Below are positions 8,794 to 18,025 of a DNA stretch of 64,000 nucleotides, piece after piece. A program made the position numbers and the translations under genes. The stretch spans positions 73,843 to 137,842 of the forward strand of contig CAZUDX010000001.1 in assembly GCA_964618695.1 (NCBI GenBank), given 5' to 3'. Under the pieces are notes generated by a model, which was not told where the DNA came from, did no database searches, and saw only the letters and a program-made list of their open reading frames with translations. This DNA is from an uncultured Candidatus Bathyarchaeia archaeon (GTDB lineage: Archaea; Thermoproteota; Bathyarchaeia; Bathyarchaeales; Bathyarchaeaceae). The number at the start of each line of letters is the position of its first letter. Position 1 is the first letter of the stretch.

Positions 8794-9238
8794 AAGCAAA
8801 CCAAGAATCCTCATAGTGGAGGACGACGAGAACATAAGAGAAACCATGAAGAACATACTTGAACAGAACGGATACAAAACAGATACAGCTAAGACCGGAC
8901 GAGAAGGCGAACATAAAGCCAAGAAAAAATTCTACAACTTGGCTTTACTGGACATTAAATTACCAGACATGGAGGGCACACAACTACTCGTGAAACTGCA
9001 GGAGAAAACGCCAAAGATGGTCAAGATAATGGTCACAGGCTACCCTAGCCTAGAAAACGCCATGGAAGCCCTGAACCAAGGAGCAGACGCCTACGTGACA
9101 AAACCCGTTAAACCAGCGAAACTGCTAGATCTAATAAAAGAGAAACTGGAAGAACAACGCCAAGCAGAGAAGATGACAGAAAACAAAGTCACAGACTGGA
9201 TAAAAACAAGAGCACGCCAACTGGAACCCGAAGAATAG
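8786..9238 (+). CDS. Stand-alone response regulator receiver (CheY-like)
   Basis: 150 aa. Motifs ILIVEDDE, LALLDIKLPDMEG and YVTKP. The TTG start is preceded by GGAGGTG and overlaps the kinase stop. Confidence 0.85.
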   Translation: MTESKPRILIVEDDENIRETMKNILEQNGYKTDTAKTGREGEHKAKKKFYNLALLDIKLPDMEGTQLLVKLQEKTPKMVKIMVTGYPSLENAMEALNQGADAYVTKPVKPAKLLDLIKEKLEEQRQAEKMTENKVTDWIKTRARQLEPEE

Positions 9239-9381
9239 CAAGAAACTTCACCTTCCCCAAAACAACAATTTCTCAATAAAACTCGTTTAACGGGGATAAC
9301 CTTTTACACTATACGAGGATTAAAATGTTCTTCAGTCAATAGGCAAGTCTCTGAAGCCCCCCATAGAAAGGAGAGGAAAAA

Positions 9382-9897
9382 ATGAGTTACGAAGACAAAT
9401 GGAAAGTTTTAGCCGACATCCTCATAGAACTTCAAGAAAGGGGCGAAAAAATTCCGGCAGACGTAATGCATGACTTACGCTCCGCCAAGACCATGATCCA
9501 AGTTCTAAAAGCTGACCCAACACACACAGAAAACATTTCTAGAATCGACACATACCTGAGAACTGTAGAATCATTCGCTATCTTCGCCGCAGAAAAACGT
9601 GGAAAAGAAAATGTGGAAAAGTGGCTGAAAAAACTCAAAATAGAAAAAATAGTTAAGAACAAAGAAAAGGAGACCGCTTCCAGATTTATCCCTGGGATCC
9701 CCCGAGACAAAACTTGGGTGCGAATCCAAATTTCGGAAGATACACCTAAAGAAGATGTGATGAAACTCGTTGAAACGAGTGAACTTTCTTATAAAATGCA
9801 GGAAAACGGGCACATGATTGTTTACGGCAATGGCAAAAACATAAAATCCTTTGTCAAATTGATGACAGCGAAGTTTCGCGGCGCCAGAAATGGGTGA
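9382..9897 (+). CDS. Hypothetical protein
   Basis: 171 aa. The ATG is preceded by AGGAGAGG. Mostly helical and charged. No motif recognised. Confidence 0.45.
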   Translation: MSYEDKWKVLADILIELQERGEKIPADVMHDLRSAKTMIQVLKADPTHTENISRIDTYLRTVESFAIFAAEKRGKENVEKWLKKLKIEKIVKNKEKETASRFIPGIPRDKTWVRIQISEDTPKEDVMKLVETSELSYKMQENGHMIVYGNGKNIKSFVKLMTAKFRGARNG

Positions 9898-10038
9898 AAA
9901 CAGCCTCGAAACTTTTGTACTATTTAGTTTAAACTTCTTTTCTGAGCATAGCTTATTTATAGAAGGTATTATAGAAAAGATGTGAATAGAACGGGTTAAT
10001 TCCTAGCTAAGCAAAAATCTGGGGCAGATCAGAAAAAG

Positions 10039-13000
10039 ATGCCTTGCATTAAGAAAATAGAACTTAAAGGCTTCAAGTCCTTCGGTCCCAAAACCGCCAC
10101 AGTCACTTTAGACAAAGGCTTCACTGCCGTCACTGGACCGAACGGAAGCGGAAAAACCAATATTGCAGACGCGGTCCTCTTTGGTTTAGGCGAACTCAGC
10201 GCCAGAAGAATGCGCGCTGCAAGCCTCTCCAAACTAGTTTATCACGGTTACCCCGAATTAGGAGTAAAAAAAGCGAAGACCGCCAAAGTCGTTATCCAGT
10301 TCGACAACTCTGACAACAGGCTACCCGTAGACACAAGCACAGTAACTGTTTCCCGCGAAATCAACAGGGCAGGTCAAAGCATCTATCGTCTCAATGGAAG
10401 AAGAATTTCAAGAACTAATATTCTTAACATCCTTTCCATGGCAGGAATCAGCCCGACAGGCCACAACGTTGTTTTGCAAGGAGCCATCACACGGCTAGCC
10501 GAAATCTCTTCTCATGAACGAAGAAAAATGATATCTGACCTAGTTGGCATAGCCCAGTACGACGCTGAGAAGGCTGAGGCAGAAGATAAACTTCGGGCGG
10601 CTGAAATTTCTATCCGGACAGCCATGGGTCGAATAGATGAGGTGCAGAAACGGGTTGATGATCTGGAGAGAGAACGCAACGAACTGCTTCGTTACACGTT
10701 TCTTAAAAAAGAGATTAACCGACTCGAAGCTATGAAAATTTTTGGAGAAATCTTGGAAGTCCAGAAGAAAGCAGAGGATGTGACTTCAAAAATCGAGGCG
10801 GTTCGGAGCAAGGTTGAAAAATCAAGACAGCTAAGGGAACAACTTAGGTCTCAACGTCACGTAGTTGAAACAGAGTGGAGAAAACTCGGTTCAGAAATGA
10901 TTGAAGAACGGGGAACACGGCTTCTCGAAGTTCAATACAACATAGGGGAAGTTAGGTCGAAGATAAGCGAACTTTCAACTAAGATTGGAGCCGGAACCGC
11001 AAGTCTCGAAGGTCTCAGAAAAGTGACGGAAAACAACCTGCAAAAATTGGAAGCCATCAAAAACGAGATAAAAGACAACAGAAAAGAAATCCGAAGATCA
11101 AAACGAGACAAAGAACGGCTCTTAGCGGAAATTACCCAGAAACAATCCCAATATGACACGGTTGCAAACGAAGTATCACAAATGCGATCCAACTTGGGAG
11201 AAAACAGCAAAAAAATCAGGAACTTTGAAGAAAAAATAGAAAAGCTTACTCAAGAACTCGTTGAGCTTCGCACCGAGTTTATCCAAACCCGAACATCACT
11301 AAAGGTTCTTACACGGCGCCGAAACGATCTCGAAAGTCGAAAGGAGAAATTCGAGTCCAACCTCACCGCCCTCAAAAAATCATACGCAGACCTCAAGACG
11401 GTTCAACGAGAACAAATAAGCCGCTCCAAAAATCTTGAAAGAACCTTAGAGCGCCGACTCGCACAAAAAGAATCTGTGAAACTAGAGATAGCCCAAGCAG
11501 AAAAGATCGCTGAATCCGCACGCGAGGCAGTAGTAGAGTTTGCCACTCAAAGGGAAATGGCTGAAAAAGTTGCAACCGAAGAAAACGCTCTGCGAAACAT
11601 CGAAGAGTTAGCAGATTTAGGCGTGATTACGGGCGTTCACGGACGCCTCAAAAATCTGATCACAATCGAGAAAGGATATAGGCAAGCCATAGAAGCAACC
11701 GCAGCCGGTTGGCTCGACGCCATGGTTGTTCAGAACTATGACGCAGCCTTCATGTGCGCTGAGACCCTGAAACGGATGAAATTGGGCAGAATCAAAATAA
11801 TCCCCCTTGAAGAAATGTCCGCAATCAAATCCATCAACCCCTCAAACTTTAGAGGATCAAGGGGACCCGCTTCCCATTTTGTCAAACACGCCAAAAAATA
11901 TGAGCCAGCAGTAATCTTTGTTTTCGGAGACACCCTTGTAACAAAAAACGAAAAAACTGCCTTTGCGGGTTCGCGAAGCGGTCACCGAACAGTCACCCTC
12001 AACGGAGACCTTTACGAAGCTCACGGTGGCTTCGAAAGCGGGTATTATCGTGCCCCAGTCGACTATTCTTCAATTATTCCCAGCGAGACAGCTGTTAAGA
12101 GTCTAGACGAAGCCGTGGGAGCTCTTCAGCGACATCTAACAAAAAGGGAGAGCGACATAAGCGGTTTCAGAGAAGAAATCGACCTAACCCGAGTTGAACT
12201 CGCCAGGTTAGCTGAAGCTATCGTAACTCTTGAGGGCGAGATCGGAAGAGTACGACGAAACGTTAAGCAAACAAGACATAATATAAAGCGCATCGAAAAC
12301 CACGTTTCGAGAATAAACGAAAAAAGAGAAGAAGAGAAGACTCATTTAGGGGTTTTAAGGGGACAGCGTAACGCTCTCAAAAAAGAGATGGAAGATTTCC
12401 GCGAGGAATTAGCGGAATTACGTCTGAAAACGGATCCGGCTAGGATTCAAGAGATGGAGATTCAACGGGAAAAATTAGGAGAGGAAATAATTGTGTCCCG
12501 TCAGATGATGGGCAGCACAGAAACAAACCTTGCCACTCTCGAATCCACGTATGGAAACGTTCTCAAAATAGGTGCAGATAACATCAGAATTCAGCTACGA
12601 AAGCTGAAAGGACAAATATCAGCAGTGGAAGAGGAAGTTGAAAAATCCAGTAAAGAAAAGGAAGCCCTTGAAAAGGAGCTTCTGGAACTGGAAAACTCCA
12701 AGAAAGAATTGTCTCGAACCGTTTTGAACGCCAAAGAAGAATCCAAAAAATTCACTTCAGAAATCGATGACATTGACAAAAGGTTGCAACGCTTGGATGC
12801 CGTGTATGAGCGGTCAGACAGGTTGTATAACGAACTGCAGTTTAGCCTCCAAACATGCGAGATGAAACTGGAACAATATTCTCAACGGTTAGAGGAACTA
12901 GGCTACGAAGAGCCTATGCAGATTTCTCCAGAACAGTTAGAGACAACTGAAGCATCTCTAAAGCTGCTACGTTTTGAACTGAACCGCCTAGGCGCTGTAA

Positions 13001-13587
13001 ATCAGTTGGCTCTGGACCACTACATGGAGCAAGCTTCCAGATACAAAGAACTGTCCATACGCATGAATGAACTTGAGAAAGAAAAACAAGCAATACTCTC
13101 CTTCATGGACGAAATCGAGAGGAAAAAACGCGCAGTCTTCATGGAAGCTTTCGACAAGATTCATGAAAGCTTCATCAAATACTTCACCAAGCTAACAGGC
13201 GGCGGAGAAGGTACTCTGATACTGGAGAATCCGGAAGATCCATTCGCAGGAGGAATGGATATGAATGTTCAATTCCGAGGGAAAGCCTCTATCCTCGTAA
13301 GCGGAGCCAGCAGCGGAGAAAGGTCCGTATCTGCGGTTGCCTTCATTTTCGCTCTGCAGGACTTTATGCCCGCTGCTTTCTACCTGTTTGACGAAATCGA
13401 CGCACACCTTGATTCTTTCCACGTATCCCGACTTGGGGACCTTCTTTCTGAGGAGTCCATGAAGTCCCAGTTCGTAGTTATTACATTGAAGCCAGAGATG
13501 ATCAGCAAAGCCAAGAAGGTTTGGGGAATCTACGAACGCGGCGGTTTCTCTCATGTGGTCTCAACCAACATAAAGGAGATTGCATGA
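10039..13587 (+). CDS. smc: Chromosome segregation protein SMC
   Basis: 1182 aa. Walker A GPNGSGKTN, long coiled coils, hinge region (GVHGRLKNLI...AAGWLDAMVV), signature LSGGERS-like SGASSGERS, and Walker B LFDEIDAHLD. Confidence 0.95.
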   Translation: MPCIKKIELKGFKSFGPKTATVTLDKGFTAVTGPNGSGKTNIADAVLFGLGELSARRMRAASLSKLVYHGYPELGVKKAKTAKVVIQFDNSDNRLPVDTSTVTVSREINRAGQSIYRLNGRRISRTNILNILSMAGISPTGHNVVLQGAITRLAEISSHERRKMISDLVGIAQYDAEKAEAEDKLRAAEISIRTAMGRIDEVQKRVDDLERERNELLRYTFLKKEINRLEAMKIFGEILEVQKKAEDVTSKIEAVRSKVEKSRQLREQLRSQRHVVETEWRKLGSEMIEERGTRLLEVQYNIGEVRSKISELSTKIGAGTASLEGLRKVTENNLQKLEAIKNEIKDNRKEIRRSKRDKERLLAEITQKQSQYDTVANEVSQMRSNLGENSKKIRNFEEKIEKLTQELVELRTEFIQTRTSLKVLTRRRNDLESRKEKFESNLTALKKSYADLKTVQREQISRSKNLERTLERRLAQKESVKLEIAQAEKIAESAREAVVEFATQREMAEKVATEENALRNIEELADLGVITGVHGRLKNLITIEKGYRQAIEATAAGWLDAMVVQNYDAAFMCAETLKRMKLGRIKIIPLEEMSAIKSINPSNFRGSRGPASHFVKHAKKYEPAVIFVFGDTLVTKNEKTAFAGSRSGHRTVTLNGDLYEAHGGFESGYYRAPVDYSSIIPSETAVKSLDEAVGALQRHLTKRESDISGFREEIDLTRVELARLAEAIVTLEGEIGRVRRNVKQTRHNIKRIENHVSRINEKREEEKTHLGVLRGQRNALKKEMEDFREELAELRLKTDPARIQEMEIQREKLGEEIIVSRQMMGSTETNLATLESTYGNVLKIGADNIRIQLRKLKGQISAVEEEVEKSSKEKEALEKELLELENSKKELSRTVLNAKEESKKFTSEIDDIDKRLQRLDAVYERSDRLYNELQFSLQTCEMKLEQYSQRLEELGYEEPMQISPEQLETTEASLKLLRFELNRLGAVNQLALDHYMEQASRYKELSIRMNELEKEKQAILSFMDEIERKKRAVFMEAFDKIHESFIKYFTKLTGGGEGTLILENPEDPFAGGMDMNVQFRGKASILVSGASSGERSVSAVAFIFALQDFMPAAFYLFDEIDAHLDSFHVSRLGDLLSEESMKSQFVVITLKPEMISKAKKVWGIYERGGFSHVVSTNIKEIA

Positions 13588-14282
13588 TGCCCCAGCCCAT
13601 GGAAAAGCCTTTCTATTTTCAGCCTCCCTTGAGCATACTCTTTGAGATTCACAGATTAGAAAAGATCATGCCTTGGGACGTTAACATCTCATATCTTTTA
13701 ACCACTTTCTTAGAGGAGATGGAGCACAGAGGAGAAATAGACTTCAGAGCTTCAGGCGTAGCATTAGAGTCCTCCACCACAATTTACCTCATGAAATCCA
13801 AACTATTGCTGAAACTTGAGGAGCCTCCTCCACCACCCAAGAGCACACCAGATTTTCTTCCTCCACCCATGTTCCTTCCTTTGCGTTACGAGTTATCTTC
13901 AACTACCTTAGAAAACCTGTTGAACGTATTGGATGAAGTGTTGAAAGGCGAGCGCCTAAGTCCTATACCACAACCTCCACCACCGCTCTTGCCCACCCCC
14001 GAAATCCTTCCTCCAATCGACCTCTATTTGATGGAAATCGAGAAACGCATGAAATCCCTTTACAGACAGCTCTGCCAACTTGCAGGCAAAGCTGAGTTGA
14101 TAGGATTTTCCAAGCTTGTGGCTGGATTAGAAAGGCTTGAAGCGGTTAAAACCTTTATCATCCTTCTCTTTCTTGCTCAAAGAGGAAAGATAGGGTTGTG
14201 GCAGGAGGACGATATCAGCGAGCTGTACATAACCGTCTCAGGAGACCCTACTTTTGAAGGAAACGGAACAGGAATCATCTAA
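13584..14282 (+). CDS. scpA: Segregation and condensation protein A (kleisin ScpA)
   Basis: Start set at ATG 13584, which forms an ATGA overlap with the smc stop. The N-terminal ScpA-like helix region is followed by two proline-rich linkers and a C-terminal winged-helix-like segment. Confidence 0.8.
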   Translation: MMPQPMEKPFYFQPPLSILFEIHRLEKIMPWDVNISYLLTTFLEEMEHRGEIDFRASGVALESSTTIYLMKSKLLLKLEEPPPPPKSTPDFLPPPMFLPLRYELSSTTLENLLNVLDEVLKGERLSPIPQPPPPLLPTPEILPPIDLYLMEIEKRMKSLYRQLCQLAGKAELIGFSKLVAGLERLEAVKTFIILLFLAQRGKIGLWQEDDISELYITVSGDPTFEGNGTGII

Positions 14283-14850
14283 TGAACCGAAAAAGGAGAG
14301 GCTCACGCGGAAATTAGCTTTACTAGAGGCTGGGCTTTATGTGGCAGGACGTCCCCTTGATCTAAAGACCTTGGGAAGTGTAACTAGAATCCGTTCTAAA
14401 AGAAAAGTAAGAAAACTAGCTCAGGCTCTAGTGGAGAATTATGCGAATCGTGACACAGCCCTTGAAGTCCTTGAACTTGAGGGCGAAAGATTTGTTATGC
14501 AACTGAAAGCTGATTACACCGCTAAAGTCAGAAGGTTGGCGACAAAACCGCTTCTTTCTTCAGGTCCACTGAAAACATTATCGTATATCGCTTTTAGGCA
14601 GCCAGTTTCCCAGCCCCAAGTTATCAATGTTAGAGGTCACCATGCTTACGGGCATCTTAAGCAGCTAGAAGAGATGGAGTTGATTGTTCGCGAAGGAGTT
14701 GGAAGAAAAAAGATGATAAGAACAACAGAATTTTTCGCCGACTTCTTTGGCTTAAGTCACGATTTGCGAGGGATGAAACGACAGCTTAAAAGCGTATTCG
14801 AAGATTTCGCCAAACCCGAAGCAGAGGCTAAAAAGAATACTGAAGAATAA
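14254..14850 (+). CDS. scpB: Segregation and condensation protein B (ScpB)
   Basis: 198 aa. TTG start 9 nt after AGGAG. Motifs LEAGLYVAGRPL, LSYIAFRQPVSQ and GRKKMIRTT..F..FFGL are typical of the ScpB tandem wHTH. Confidence 0.8.
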   Translation: MKETEQESSNEPKKERLTRKLALLEAGLYVAGRPLDLKTLGSVTRIRSKRKVRKLAQALVENYANRDTALEVLELEGERFVMQLKADYTAKVRRLATKPLLSSGPLKTLSYIAFRQPVSQPQVINVRGHHAYGHLKQLEEMELIVREGVGRKKMIRTTEFFADFFGLSHDLRGMKRQLKSVFEDFAKPEAEAKKNTEE

Positions 14851-14910
14851 TTTGTAAAGATAAGCTTATATGTCGAGTTTTGTTAGTCTCATCAGACTCT
14901 ATGAGATGAT

Positions 14911-15312
14911 GTGAGCTTGTCTGTATGGCACGGAGATCAACATAAACGAAAAGATTCGGGCGGAAAGAAACGACGATACCGAAAGAAAAGAAGGTTCGAA
15001 AAAGGCTTTTTCCCAGCGGAAACGACGTTGGGCAAACCTAAGAACAGAATCATTCGGAAACATGGAGGTAACCAAAAGGTCTCTCTTTTATCAGTGAACC
15101 AAGCAAACGTCTCCGATTCTTCTGGAAACACCTCAAAAGTAGAGATACTTCGCGTAATAGAGAACCCAGCTAATGTGGACTATGACAGACGGGGCGTAAT
15201 TACAAAAGGAACAATGATTGCAACACCCTTGGGAACTGCACGTGTAACATCCCGACCTGGGCAAGATGGAATAGTAAATGCGATTCTTGTCTCTAAAGAA
15301 AAAGCTGAGTGA
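14911..15312 (+). CDS. rps8e: 30S ribosomal protein S8e
   Basis: 133 aa. WHGDQHKRKDSGGKKR basic N-terminus and VIENPAN..Y.RRGVITKG motif. Confidence 0.9.
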   Translation: MSLSVWHGDQHKRKDSGGKKRRYRKKRRFEKGFFPAETTLGKPKNRIIRKHGGNQKVSLLSVNQANVSDSSGNTSKVEILRVIENPANVDYDRRGVITKGTMIATPLGTARVTSRPGQDGIVNAILVSKEKAE

Positions 15313-15319
15313 CACTTTT

Positions 15320-15604
15320 TTACTTGCGTAGGTTCGAAAGTTCTTTCGCGATATTTTTCAATGTTTTTCCTTTAGATTCTTTTTTGGGGATAATAAGTAG
15401 CCCAGTTTTTAGCCATGGAGAACTTGGATGCGCAGCGTCAAACACTGCTTCAGGTTGCAAACCAAGCCTTTTTGCTGCTCTGTGAAGTTCCTCCAGTTTT
15501 GGTGCAGATACGGCGAGTTTTTTCGGAACCCTCCGTCCTTCTGTTCGGGTCTTGTTTGCGTCGAAGTAAACTGACCAAAGCAAAATCTTGTTTTGTTTCC
15601 GCAT
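15320..15604 (-). CDS. srp19: Signal recognition particle protein SRP19
   Basis: 94 aa. WSVYFDANKTRTEGRRVPKKLAV motif. Confidence 0.85.
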   Translation of the reverse strand: MRKQNKILLWSVYFDANKTRTEGRRVPKKLAVSAPKLEELHRAAKRLGLQPEAVFDAAHPSSPWLKTGLLIIPKKESKGKTLKNIAKELSNLRK

Positions 15605-15861
15605 TTCAATCTGCTCTGCTATCGATTTAGAGCATTTTATTAGTTGTGGTAGTCGCTTTTTGTCCTCTGAAAATTTTGGGTCAGGTGCGTCGGGTGAGAG
15701 TTTTCTTGCTAAAGATGCAAGTAATTCAATATTTTTAATTTAAAGTTTCATTTACAATTCTTTTACCAGTTTGGAAATTTCAAAAATGGGAATCGTTTGT
15801 GTAAAGTGGGAACATCCTCAGAAACGTTTAAATAAAGCGGCTCGGTTGAACAATAGGTTTT

Positions 15862-16137
15862 GTGAGGGGAAAAGGGGTTTTGCATAGAATAGGTCATGTG
15901 CTACACCTAAGCTCCACTAGAAACATGATTCTTAAAGCTGAAAATATCCCCCGCATAGGCGATAAGGTGATAAACGAAAACTTAAAGCCTGTAGGAACAG
16001 TTTTTGACGTTTTCGGTCCCACATCCGCCCCATATGTGGCTGTGAAACCCTTTGTTCAGAACCCAGAACAGTTTGTTAACAATGTTCTTTACTCAACCCC
16101 CTCTAAAGCCGGTAGAAAAAAGAGGAAGAAAAAATGA
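15862..16137 (+). CDS. gar1: H/ACA RNP protein Gar1
   Basis: 91 aa. The [31 protein letters not shown] core is followed by a Lys-rich tail. The start is uncertain (GTG 15862 or TTG 15880). The stop overlaps the tfb ATG (ATGA). Confidence 0.8.
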   Translation: MRGKGVLHRIGHVLHLSSTRNMILKAENIPRIGDKVINENLKPVGTVFDVFGPTSAPYVAVKPFVQNPEQFVNNVLYSTPSKAGRKKRKKK

Positions 16138-17069
16138 AAAAAGAAAATCTCCCACAACCTCCGATGATCAGGAGGTGCCCAGAATGTGGCAGCAACCGCC
16201 TCATGCGAGACTATGAATGCGCTGAAATAGTGTGCATGAGCTGTGGCTTCGTCGTCGCCGCCAAACTCGCTGACCAAGGACCAGAATGGCGGGCATTTGA
16301 CGATGAGCAACGCGCTAAACGTGCCAGAGCAGGTGCTCCCCTCACATTCACAATTCATGATAAAGGCCTCTCAACTATGATTGATTGGCATGATCGGGAC
16401 GTTTACGGGAAAAGGCTTTCTCCGGGTCAGAAGGCGCAGATTTACAGGCTACGAAAGTGGCAACGTCGTATCAGGGTTTCTGATGCCACGGAGAGGAACC
16501 TTGCTTTTGCCCTTTCTGAGATTTCTAAGATAGCTAACAACCTTAATTTGCCCAAAAACATTCTTGAGACTGCTTCAGTTATTTATCGTAAAGCGGTTAA
16601 GGAGCGTCTCATTCGGGGAAGATCGATTCAGGGCGTAACTGCTGCGGCTATTTATGTTGCTTGTCGACAGTGCGGTGTAGCTAGGACCTTGGACGAGATT
16701 GCTCAGGCTTCTCCTGTAAACAAAAAAGAGATTGGACGAAGCTACCGGTTTCTGATAAAAGAACTTGACTATTTCATTCCTCCCCTGAAGCCTGGTCAAT
16801 ATATCACGAAGTTTTCTAACCAATTGACCATGCAGGGAAAGGTTGAGGAGATTGCCCACAAAATTCTTGCTTCAGCTAAAGAGTTGAAACTGACATCAGG
16901 AAGGGGGCCGACGGGCATAGCTGCGGCAGCCAGTTACATTGCGTCTGTTTTGACTGGAGAAAGGAAAACGCAGAGAGAGATTGCAGAGATTGCTCAGGTG
17001 ACGGAAGTAACCATACGGAACCGCTATAAAGAACTGGTTGAACGCTTACAGTTCATCATCTTCCTCTAA
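16134..17069 (+). CDS. tfb: Transcription initiation factor IIB (TFB)
   Basis: 311 aa. N-terminal zinc ribbon CPECG...CMSCG, B-finger/linker, and two cyclin-fold repeats (GRS..GV.AAAIY.ACR and GR.P.GIAAAA.YIA). Confidence 0.95.
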   Translation: MKKENLPQPPMIRRCPECGSNRLMRDYECAEIVCMSCGFVVAAKLADQGPEWRAFDDEQRAKRARAGAPLTFTIHDKGLSTMIDWHDRDVYGKRLSPGQKAQIYRLRKWQRRIRVSDATERNLAFALSEISKIANNLNLPKNILETASVIYRKAVKERLIRGRSIQGVTAAAIYVACRQCGVARTLDEIAQASPVNKKEIGRSYRFLIKELDYFIPPLKPGQYITKFSNQLTMQGKVEEIAHKILASAKELKLTSGRGPTGIAAAASYIASVLTGERKTQREIAEIAQVTEVTIRNRYKELVERLQFIIFL

Positions 17070-17179
17070 CACACCCCAAATTTCATTTTTTGCACTGTTA
17101 GTCAAGTCAGAAGTTTTCTAAATTGAACTTTGGACAGTTAAAAACACTTTTAACGATTAGCTTCAATTCATATTGAGGC

Positions 17180-17593
17180 TTGAAGTTGTCAGTGTGCCCC
17201 GGATGCGGAACCGAGGTAACAAACCCGACTAAAAAGTGGGTGATGGTTGGCAAACCCAGCAAAACGGGTGAACGATTCAAGCTTACGTTAGGAATCTTCA
17301 CTTGTCCTCAATGTGGAAGACGATTCCGGGCGGTTGTAGGGAAAGAGAAAGAGAGGGTAACTCTTAAAGGCATGATTGATGAGATTAAAGGAATTGAAAG
17401 GGGGCTTGTGCAGACTTTGGGTGATTTAAAGGAAAAAATTGAGAAACTGAAAAGTGAGAAAGCAGGACTTCTGGATCAGATTGAGAAACTTAAAAAAGCG
17501 GGAGAAAAGAAAGCTCGCGCTCTGGAGAAAGAGATAGCCTCACTAAGAGAAGAAGCAGAGTCACTCAAACAAGTACTAAGCGACCTCGAATAA
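17180..17593 (+). CDS. Zinc-ribbon protein with C-terminal coiled coil (function unknown)
   Basis: 137 aa. CPGCG...CPQCG four-Cys ribbon, followed by about 70 aa of heptad-like K/E-rich helix. Confidence 0.5.
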   Translation: MKLSVCPGCGTEVTNPTKKWVMVGKPSKTGERFKLTLGIFTCPQCGRRFRAVVGKEKERVTLKGMIDEIKGIERGLVQTLGDLKEKIEKLKSEKAGLLDQIEKLKKAGEKKARALEKEIASLREEAESLKQVLSDLE

Positions 17594-17764
17594 CAACAGT
17601 GGAAGGCACCTTAGCCTAATCGTAGGAACACTGGCAATTATTGGTCCAGAGCAACTTTTTCTTTAGTTTAGCTTGTGGATTTCTCGCTGCCAGTTTACTT
17701 TTAAGAAAGCTACGAAAAGACGATAACGTGAAAATTTAGAAAACCAGCCACTGAGTAGCCCAAC

Positions 17765-18019
17765 TTATTTCGGCTTTGAACGCTTTTTGCGACGCTTGTC
17801 CAGCAGGAGATGCTTTTTTATCAGGTCCTTAACCTCTTCATGAAATTGGGCATCCTTTTCCAGTTTGAGGAATTCATTGTATAGGTCTTCGACTCCTGAC
17901 GGAAGCTCCAATTTCAGGGTAATGAAAGGTTTTCCCATAGCCATCTCGAATTTTCTCTTAGCTTCTTCATACTCGGATTCAGGTTTTCTTTTTCTGGACA
18001 CCAACCACTTTTTAACCAA
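17765..18019 (-). CDS. Small basic hypothetical protein
   Basis: 84 aa with Lys/Arg-rich termini. Lies 6 nt downstream of the permease gene on the same strand. Non-ATG start. Confidence 0.3.
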   Translation of the reverse strand: MVKKWLVSRKRKPESEYEEAKRKFEMAMGKPFITLKLELPSGVEDLYNEFLKLEKDAQFHEEVKDLIKKHLLLDKRRKKRSKPK

Positions 18020-18025
18020 ATTTTT

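Noticed and set aside
13521-13583. An upstream extension of ScpA given by the ORF track.
   Set aside because: The extension lies inside the smc coding sequence. ATG 13584 forms the ATGA overlap typical of this genome and gives a normal ScpA N-terminus.
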